From Alistipes sp. (lineage in GTDB: Bacteria > Bacteroidota > Bacteroidia > Bacteroidales > Rikenellaceae), in contig JAZRCN010000019.1 of assembly GCA_045659765.1 (NCBI GenBank), positions 12,775-76,774 on the forward strand: a stretch of 64,000 nucleotides of DNA, written 5' to 3'. The position numbers and the translations under genes were made by a program. Numbering within the stretch: the first letter of the stretch is position 1; every line of letters begins with the position of its first letter. Shown here in pieces: positions 57,183 through 64,000 of this stretch. A model generated the notes under the pieces. It searched no databases. It worked only from the letters and a program-made list of their open reading frames with translations, and was not told the origin of the DNA.

Positions 57183-58679
57183 ATGATTCATTATATTAGT
57201 GCCGATAGGCTTACTATTGCCCGTGTTGAGGAGATTTTGACTAAGGGCTATAAACTTGCCTTGAGCGATGATGCTAAGGCACGTATCAATCACTGCCGCG
57301 AGTATCTCGACCAGAAGACTAAGACCGTAGGTCGTCCTATCTATGGTGTAACTACAGGCTTTGGTTCGTTGTGTAATATATCTGTTGAGGAGGCGGGCTT
57401 GTCGCAGTTGCAGAAGAACTTGATGATGTCGCACGCCTGCGGTACAGGTCAGCGTGTTCCTTCTGAGATTGCACGTCTTATGATTCTTCTCAAGATTCAG
57501 TCGCTATCGTATGGCCATTCGGGCGTTCAGCTCATCACAGTTGAGCGTCTTGTAGATATGTGGAATAACAACATCGTACCTGTGGTCTACGAGCAGGGCT
57601 CGTTGGGTGCATCTGGCGACTTGTCGCCTTTGGCACACATGTGTTTGCCATTGTTGGGCCTTGGTCATGTCGAGATTGATGGTGAGGTCGTTGAGGGTAG
57701 TGTAATGATGGAGAAGATGGGCTGGGAGCCTATCACGCTCTGCTCGAAGGAGGGTCTTGCACTCTTGAACGGTACTCAGTTTATGTCGGCATACGGCGTA
57801 TACTCGCTTATCAACGCGCAGCGCTTGAGCAAGTGGGCTGACCAGATTGGTGCTATGTCGTTGGATGCTTTCGATGGTCGTATGGAGCCTTTCGAGCACA
57901 ACGTACACGCTATTCGTCCTCACAATGGTCAGATCGAAACTGCTAAGAACTTCCGCGAGTTGTTGGCTGGTAGCGAGATTGGCGCACGTGCTAAGAAGCA
58001 TGTTCAGGATCCCTATTCGTTCCGCTGTATTCCTCAGGTACACGGTGCATCGAAGGATACTATCGCCTATGTTGCAAGTGTGTTGGAGACCGAGATTAAC
58101 TCGGCTACCGACAACCCAACTATCTTCCCCGATAGCGATGAGGTAATCTCGGCTGGTAACTTCCATGGTCAGCCTATTGCACTTGCTATGGACTTCTTGG
58201 CTATCGCTGTTGCGGAGCTCGGTAATATTTCGGAGCGTCGTACCTATAAGCTAATATCTGGTGCGCGCGAGTTGCCTAATTTCCTCGTGGCTAACCCAGG
58301 TCTTAACAGTGGCTTTATGATTCCTCAGTACACGGCAGCATCTATTGTTAGCCAGTCTAAGGGTCTTTGCTGGCCAGCATCGTGCGACTCTATCCCATCG
58401 TCACAGGGTCAGGAGGATCACGTAAGTATGGGTTCAAACGCAGCAACAAAGCTCTGGAAGGTTTGCCAGAATACGGAGCGTGTATTGGCTATCGAGCTTA
58501 TGAACTCGGCTCAGGCTTTGGAGTTCCGCCACAAGGAGAATGTGCGCTCGTCGGCCACTATCGAGGCTATGTTCGAGGCATATCGCAAGGTTGTGCCATT
58601 CGTGGCTGACGATACGGTGATGTATCCTCACATTGCAACATCTGTTAAATTCCTTGAGGAGTATGAGCTTGCTCGTTAA
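57183..58679 (+). CDS. hutH: Histidine ammonia-lyase
   Basis: YGVTTGFG, GSLGASGDL (MIO-forming ASG), QDPYSFRC, GNFHG, QEDHVSMG. Confidence 0.96.
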   Translation: MIHYISADRLTIARVEEILTKGYKLALSDDAKARINHCREYLDQKTKTVGRPIYGVTTGFGSLCNISVEEAGLSQLQKNLMMSHACGTGQRVPSEIARLMILLKIQSLSYGHSGVQLITVERLVDMWNNNIVPVVYEQGSLGASGDLSPLAHMCLPLLGLGHVEIDGEVVEGSVMMEKMGWEPITLCSKEGLALLNGTQFMSAYGVYSLINAQRLSKWADQIGAMSLDAFDGRMEPFEHNVHAIRPHNGQIETAKNFRELLAGSEIGARAKKHVQDPYSFRCIPQVHGASKDTIAYVASVLETEINSATDNPTIFPDSDEVISAGNFHGQPIALAMDFLAIAVAELGNISERRTYKLISGARELPNFLVANPGLNSGFMIPQYTAASIVSQSKGLCWPASCDSIPSSQGQEDHVSMGSNAATKLWKVCQNTERVLAIELMNSAQALEFRHKENVRSSATIEAMFEAYRKVVPFVADDTVMYPHIATSVKFLEEYELAR

Positions 58680-59907
58680 AAATATCGGAACACTTGTCGG
58701 AATTGACGAGAGTGGCCGTGAGCGTGTCGAAGGTCGCGCTATGGCCGAGGTAGCTACGTTGGAGAATGCGTGGCTCTTGGCCGATGGCGGTCGTATCGTC
58801 GATTATGGCACGATGGATTCTCTTCCCGGGGTCGAGGGGTGCGAACTCCTCGACGCTCGCGGAGGCTGGCTCTTCCCCTCGTTCTGCGACTCGCATACGC
58901 ATATTGTCTTTGCAGGTAGCCGCGAGCGAGAGTTCTTGGATAAGATCAACGGCTTGTCTTACGAGGAGATAGCAAAGCGTGGTGGCGGCATTCTCAATTC
59001 GGCTGATAGACTGCACGATACGTCGGAGGATGAACTCTATCGTCAGGCTATGGAGCGTATCGATGAGATTGTTGCGATGGGTACAGGTCTTGTCGAAATT
59101 AAGTCGGGCTATGGTCTTACGTTGGAGGATGAGCTCAAGATTTTGCGTGTCATCCGTCGCATCCGCGAGACTGCACCACTCGATGTTCGTGCTACGTTCC
59201 TCGGTGCGCATGCTGTAGGTCGTGCCTATAAGGGGTGTCAGGAGGATTATGTCGAGCACGTATGTCGCGATATGATCCCTGCGGTTGCCGCCGAGGGCTT
59301 GGCTGAGTATGTAGATGTATTCTGCGATAAGGGATTCTTTACGGTGGAGCAGACCGAGCGTATTATTCGCGAGGGTGCTAAGTATGGCCTACGTGCTAAG
59401 ATTCATGCCAACGAGCTTGCTATCTCGGGCGGTGTTGAGGTTGGCGTGGCTAATGGGGCATTGTCGGTAGATCATCTCGAGTCGATGGGCGATGAGCAGG
59501 TTGAGGCGTTGCGTGGTAGTAAGACTATGCCTACGATGTTGCCTGGTTGCGCCTTCTTCCTCGGTATCGGCTATCCCCCAGCACGTAAGATGATTGATGC
59601 GGGCTTGGCTGTAGCTTTGGCTTCGGACTTTAACCCTGGTACAGCACCTTCGGGCAATATGCGTTTCGTGGTGTCGTTGGCCTCTATTAAGATGAAGATG
59701 ACGCCTGCCGAGGCCCTTAACGCTGCTACGCTCAATAGCGCAGCGGCTATGGGCGAGAGCAAGGACTACGGCTCGATTACACGAGGCAAGGTTGCTAACT
59801 TCTATATTACCAAGCCTTTGCCATCGTTGGCATACTTGCCATACGCACACCAGACTCCCGTAATTCGAGAGGTGGTGCTCAGAGGTAAACACATTAAAAC
59901 CTTGTAA
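58663..59907 (+). CDS. hutI: Imidazolonepropionase
   Basis: DSHTH, GGGI, EIKSGYGL, HANE, DHLE, SDFNPG. Confidence 0.95.
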   Translation: MSLLVKNIGTLVGIDESGRERVEGRAMAEVATLENAWLLADGGRIVDYGTMDSLPGVEGCELLDARGGWLFPSFCDSHTHIVFAGSREREFLDKINGLSYEEIAKRGGGILNSADRLHDTSEDELYRQAMERIDEIVAMGTGLVEIKSGYGLTLEDELKILRVIRRIRETAPLDVRATFLGAHAVGRAYKGCQEDYVEHVCRDMIPAVAAEGLAEYVDVFCDKGFFTVEQTERIIREGAKYGLRAKIHANELAISGGVEVGVANGALSVDHLESMGDEQVEALRGSKTMPTMLPGCAFFLGIGYPPARKMIDAGLAVALASDFNPGTAPSGNMRFVVSLASIKMKMTPAEALNAATLNSAAAMGESKDYGSITRGKVANFYITKPLPSLAYLPYAHQTPVIREVVLRGKHIKTL

Positions 59908-59910
59908 GCT

Positions 59911-60543
59911 ATGAAGAGATTTTTTAAGTTTGGTGCAGCTTTAGCTTCACTTTTGGTAGCTGTAGGCTGCTGCGCAGATTGCGTTAAGGAGTGTTGCTCT
60001 AAGGAGCAGGTTGTGATGGAGAATATCCTCACACGTCGCTCTATCCGCGACTATAAGGCAGAGCCCGTATGTCGTGAGCAGATGGCTAAGGTCTTGGAGT
60101 GCGGTCTTTATGCTCCCAATGCTATGAATAAGCAGACATGGGCGGTGCGTGTTGTCGATGCTCCCGATTTTATCGAGGGTGTTACGGCTATCGCTGTCGA
60201 GCAGATGCCAGCAATCGCTGAGCAGGAGGGATTTAGAAACATTTTCCGTAATGCGCCTACTGTGGCATTTATTGCGTGCCCCGAGGAGAGTTATAGCGGT
60301 GAGTATGACTGTGGCTTGTTGTCGGAGAATATGATGCTTGCTGCGTGGTCTATGGGTATTGGCTCATGTTGCCTTGGTAGCGTGGTTCCCGTTATGAACT
60401 CCGAGGCTGCGAAGCCCTACTTGGAGCGTTTGCAGCTACCTGAGGGTTATAAGCTTTTGGTGGGTATTGCGTTTGGCTATCCCGCTCAGGAGATTCCTGC
60501 GCCTACGCCACGTGATATGTCTAAGGGCTACTACGTAGAGTAG
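59911..60543 (+). CDS. Nitroreductase family protein with lipoprotein-like signal
   Basis: RRSIR, APNAMNKQ, ENMMLAA, GIGSC; N-terminal MKRFFK...AVGC. Confidence 0.85.
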   Translation: MKRFFKFGAALASLLVAVGCCADCVKECCSKEQVVMENILTRRSIRDYKAEPVCREQMAKVLECGLYAPNAMNKQTWAVRVVDAPDFIEGVTAIAVEQMPAIAEQEGFRNIFRNAPTVAFIACPEESYSGEYDCGLLSENMMLAAWSMGIGSCCLGSVVPVMNSEAAKPYLERLQLPEGYKLLVGIAFGYPAQEIPAPTPRDMSKGYYVE

Positions 60544-60571
60544 AAACATCGTATAAATAGCTAAATTTGAT

Positions 60572-60607
60572 GTCGCTCAGCAGTTTTTGCTGGGCGACCT
60601 TTTTTTA
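60572..60607 (+). terminator. Rho-independent terminator
   Basis: GTCGCTCAGCA-gttt-TTGCTGGGCGAC followed by a T-tract. Confidence 0.8.
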
Positions 60608-60807
60608 TTGTTGTGTCCAATAATTGGACGAAAGAATGGTGTATTGGAGTATTAAATTGGTAAAATTGATGAAAATATCGAGGTAAAATGAGCGTATCTA
60701 CTGAAAAAATAGTAACTTTGCACGCTATATTCTATTGCGCTGACAAAAAGTGTGCTACAATAAGCGCATAGGATTGTAAAACGAAAAATAGATTAAAATA
60801 GTAAGTT

Positions 60808-61590
60808 ATGTTTTCGGAGTTGATATCGTTGGAGAGCTATAATATTTTTCTTATGGTGATGGCTGTTGTGGCTCTATTTGTATTCATCGCGCTCTACTTT
60901 GTAGAGGCTGGCTATGGATACCTCTTCAATCCTAAGTTTGGTTTCCCCGTTCCCAACAAGATCGGTTGGGTGCTTATGGAGTCACCAGTATTCTTCGCTA
61001 TGGCCGCTTTGTGGTGGCTATCGCCTGCGAAGTTCGAGGTTGCACCCTTGGTACTCTTCGCAATCTTCCAGACCCACTATTTCCAGCGTTCGTTCATCTT
61101 TCCGATGTTGTTGCGCGGTAACTCGAAGATGCCCTTCGGTATTGTGCTTATGGGTATGGTCTTCAATACGCTTAATGCTGTAATGCAGGGTGGCTGGATC
61201 TTCTACTACGCTCCCGAAATGGGCTACTACGATGGCTGGATGTCTAAGCCCTATATCTACATTGGTGCAGCGGTATTCCTCTTCGGCTTTATCACAAATC
61301 TACACTCAGACTATATCATTCGCCACTTGCGTCGTCCAGGTGATACGAAGCACTATATCCCTAAGGGTGGAATGTTCAGATTCGTATCTTCGGCTAACTA
61401 CTTCGGCGAGTTCATGGAGTGGGTAGGCTTTGCTATCGCTTCGTGGTCGTGGGCAGGTGTGGTCTTCGCATTGTGGACATTCGCTAACCTTGGCCCTCGC
61501 TCGGCATCGTTGTATAAGCGTTACGAGAAGGAGTTTGGCGAGGAGTTTACGTCATTAGGCCGTAAGCGCATAATCCCATTCATCTATTAG
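60808..61590 (+). CDS. 3-oxo-5-alpha-steroid 4-dehydrogenase (steroid 5-alpha-reductase)
   Basis: AGYG, WVLMESP, HYFQRS, NLHSD..LR, YIPKGG, ANYFGE..EW, ANL.PR, IPFIY match the SRD5A family. Confidence 0.88.
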   Translation: MFSELISLESYNIFLMVMAVVALFVFIALYFVEAGYGYLFNPKFGFPVPNKIGWVLMESPVFFAMAALWWLSPAKFEVAPLVLFAIFQTHYFQRSFIFPMLLRGNSKMPFGIVLMGMVFNTLNAVMQGGWIFYYAPEMGYYDGWMSKPYIYIGAAVFLFGFITNLHSDYIIRHLRRPGDTKHYIPKGGMFRFVSSANYFGEFMEWVGFAIASWSWAGVVFALWTFANLGPRSASLYKRYEKEFGEEFTSLGRKRIIPFIY

Positions 61591-61612
61591 AATAAAATAA
61601 ACTACACATACA

Positions 61613-62860
61613 ATGGAAAATATGAAGGAACTAAAAGAGTCAAAGCTGTTTACGCCCTATAAGATAGGTAGCGTAACGCTTCGCAACCGAGTGATACGCT
61701 CGGCAGCTTTCGAGTCTATGGGTAAGGATTTTGCCCCAACTCAGGCTCTTAAGGATTATCATGTTAGCGTTGCACGCGGTGGCGTAGGTATGACTACCGT
61801 GGCATACGCTTCGATTAATCGTAGCGGTATCTCGTTCAACAAGCAGCTTTGGTTGCGCGACGAGATTGTGCCACAGTTGCGCGACCTTACCGATGCAGTA
61901 CACGCTGAGGGTGCTGCCGTAGGTATTCAGCTTGGCCACTGCGGTAATATGACACACTGGTCTACGGCAGGTAGCTTCCCTGTGTCGGCATCTAATGGCT
62001 TTAACCTCTACTCACCTACGTTCCATCGTCGCATGACTAAGAGTGAGATTTCGGAGTTTGCTAAGGACTTCGGTAAGGCCGTAGATACTGCCTACAACGC
62101 AGGTTTCGACTCTGTAGAGGTTCATGCTGGCCATGGTTATCTTATCTCGCAGTTCCTCTCACCCTATACGAACCATCGTCGCGATGAGTTTGGTGGCTCG
62201 TTGGAGAACCGCATGCGCTTTATGAATATGTGCTTGGAGGAGGTCGTAAACACGGCTCGTAAGCGCGGTATGGGTGTTTTGGTTAAGCACAACATGGAGG
62301 ATGGCTTCAAGAGTGGTATCCAGGTTCCTGAGTCTATCGAGATAGCTAAGCAGATCGAGACATTTGGTGTGGATGGTATCGTATTGTCATCGGGCTTTGT
62401 GTCGAAGGCTCCTATGGCTGTTATGCGTGGCCGTATTCCCACAAAGACTATGGGCTACTACATGGGTTGGAACGAGTGGTTGCAGAAGATCGTTGTGACA
62501 CTTGCTGGTCAGTGGCTTATCAAGCAGTACGACTTCGAGGAGTGCTACTTCTTGGAGAATGCCAAGAAGTTCCGTGCAGCACTTAAGGGTCCATTGGTAT
62601 ACGTAGGAGGCTTGGTGTCACGCGAGGGTATCGAGAAGGTGTTGGATGAGGGCTTCGAGCTTGTGCAGATGGCGCGTGCGTTGGTCAATGACCCTGCATT
62701 TGTGAATAAGCTTAAGGCTGGTGATATGACCACACGTAGTGGCTGTGATCATCGCGATTACTGTATGGCACGTATGTACTCGGTAGATATGCAGTGTTGC
62801 CATAACTGCAAGGAGCATATCCCCGAGCGATTGTGGCGTGAGATTAATAAGATTAAGTAG
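61613..62860 (+). CDS. NADH:flavin oxidoreductase (old yellow enzyme family; candidate steroid 5-beta-reductase)
   Basis: LRNR, QLGHCG, GFDSVEVHAGHGYLISQFLSP, RRDEFGGSLENR. Confidence 0.88.
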   Translation: MENMKELKESKLFTPYKIGSVTLRNRVIRSAAFESMGKDFAPTQALKDYHVSVARGGVGMTTVAYASINRSGISFNKQLWLRDEIVPQLRDLTDAVHAEGAAVGIQLGHCGNMTHWSTAGSFPVSASNGFNLYSPTFHRRMTKSEISEFAKDFGKAVDTAYNAGFDSVEVHAGHGYLISQFLSPYTNHRRDEFGGSLENRMRFMNMCLEEVVNTARKRGMGVLVKHNMEDGFKSGIQVPESIEIAKQIETFGVDGIVLSSGFVSKAPMAVMRGRIPTKTMGYYMGWNEWLQKIVVTLAGQWLIKQYDFEECYFLENAKKFRAALKGPLVYVGGLVSREGIEKVLDEGFELVQMARALVNDPAFVNKLKAGDMTTRSGCDHRDYCMARMYSVDMQCCHNCKEHIPERLWREINKIK

Positions 62861-62862
62861 CG

Positions 62863-63678
62863 ATGTGTTGTAAGAAGAATCTCGGAGAGGTGCGTCGTGG
62901 CTCAGCCTGGGCGTTGGTTACAGGTGCAGCTTTAGGTATTGGCCGTCAGTATGCCGAGCGTTTGGCTATGTTGGGCTACAACCTCGTGTTGGTCGATATC
63001 TTAGACAGTGTCGAGCAAGAGGCGCAGATTGTTGCTCATAAGTATAGCGTAGAGTGCGTGTCGCGCGTTATGGACTTGGCATCAACCGAGGCTGCTCATA
63101 CGTTGCATAGTTGGAGTGTTGAGGCGGGTTATGAGTTTGATGTTGTCATCAACAATGCGGGTATCTTCTCGTTCTGCGACATACTAAACACCCCTGTAGA
63201 GCGTTTGGAACGTATCATCCTGCTTCACGATTTCGCTCTTACGGTTATGTGTCGCTTGTATGGCGAGGATATGCGTCGCCGAGGTAAGGGACGCATCCTC
63301 AATATGAGTTCATACTCAATATGGATGCCATTCCCAGGTTTGGCCTCATATAGCGCAAGTAAGGCCTATGTCAAGAGCTTCACTCAGGCATTTGCCAAGG
63401 AGCTTAAGGGTACGGGTGTGAGCATCACGGCAATATGCCCTGCGGGTATTGCAACCGATCTTTACGGCTTGCCCAAGAAACTACAGGAGCTCGGAGTAAA
63501 GATTGGAGGTTTGATGACTCCTGCAAGCTGTGCACGTCGTGGTCTTAATGCGATGTTTAAGGGTCGTAGTGTTGTGGTTCCCGATTGGTGGTTCCGTATA
63601 TTGATACCTGTTTGTCGCTTTTTGCCAGGATTCCTCATTCGTCCGTTGCGTAGCTTTACGATGAAATGGCAGAAATAG
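62863..63678 (+). CDS. Short-chain dehydrogenase/reductase (candidate 3-beta-hydroxysteroid dehydrogenase)
   Basis: TGAALGIG, NNAG, NMSS, YSASK. Confidence 0.88.
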   Translation: MCCKKNLGEVRRGSAWALVTGAALGIGRQYAERLAMLGYNLVLVDILDSVEQEAQIVAHKYSVECVSRVMDLASTEAAHTLHSWSVEAGYEFDVVINNAGIFSFCDILNTPVERLERIILLHDFALTVMCRLYGEDMRRRGKGRILNMSSYSIWMPFPGLASYSASKAYVKSFTQAFAKELKGTGVSITAICPAGIATDLYGLPKKLQELGVKIGGLMTPASCARRGLNAMFKGRSVVVPDWWFRILIPVCRFLPGFLIRPLRSFTMKWQK

Positions 63679-63751
63679 AGTATAGCAGGTGTTAACTATT
63701 TTATAGACTTGATATATAAATAATTAATAATAATTAAAACTTGTAATAAGA

Positions 63752-64000
63752 ATGAAGAAGATGTTTTTTGCTGCTGTGGCAGCTGTGGCAACACTTTCGA
63801 TGACGGCTTGTGAGGGTACAAGCCTTGGTAAGGGTGAGATTGATACTATCTCGTATGCTATTGGTGCAGACCTCGGTTTCAACCTCAATTTCGGTATGGC
63901 AGACCTCGAGCTCGATAACGAGATCGTGAAGGATGCTATCAAGAAGTTCTACAAGAGTGGTGATATGGATGGCGAGGCACTTGCTGAGGTTCGCAAGCAG
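63752..64000 (+). CDS. FKBP-type peptidyl-prolyl isomerase, lipoprotein (3'-truncated by window edge)
   Basis: Own translation: MKKMFFAAVAAVATLSMTAC lipobox, then DTISYAIG typical of the FKBP N-terminal domain; absent from the ORF track because it has no stop. Confidence 0.65.
   Translation, partial: MKKMFFAAVAAVATLSMTACEGTSLGKGEIDTISYAIGADLGFNLNFGMADLELDNEIVKDAIKKFYKSGDMDGEALAEVRKQ

Overview
Core-chromosome segment of a Bacteroidota genome, most likely Rikenellaceae/Alistipes-like. That call is an inference from gene content and the many TAnnTTTG -7 promoter boxes. About 50 housekeeping and metabolic genes are present, including valS, rnhA, pepT, nadE, ssb, lpxK, ispD, dnaK, plsY, miaB, lpdA, truA, dapB, lepB, uvrA and the hut cluster. 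No rRNA, tRNA, CRISPR array, integrase or transposase was seen. The main signals are: (1) two small GIY-YIG nuclease genes, each abutting a head-to-head doublet of GTCAT...ATCT palindromes with fully compensated stems, with gene-less copies of the doublet inside two ~520-bp composite repeats; (2) a family of ~120-145-bp ERIC-like hairpin elements, mostly starting at stop codons and sharing an apical TAC-N(5-6)-GTA hairpin; (3) an orphan helicase-HTH/primase pair with a perfect 50-bp inverted repeat of palindromic TGGTTAA arrays bracketing the primase 5' end; (4) a His-rich RAPP-motif leader ORF upstream of a CxxC TonB-dependent receptor; (5) a sigma-54-type promoter at dnaK; (6) a 5-alpha-reductase/OYE/SDR steroid or bile-acid cluster; (7) a carboxyltransferase with three biotin-carrier domains. 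All product calls come from motif recognition by eye; no database search was run.
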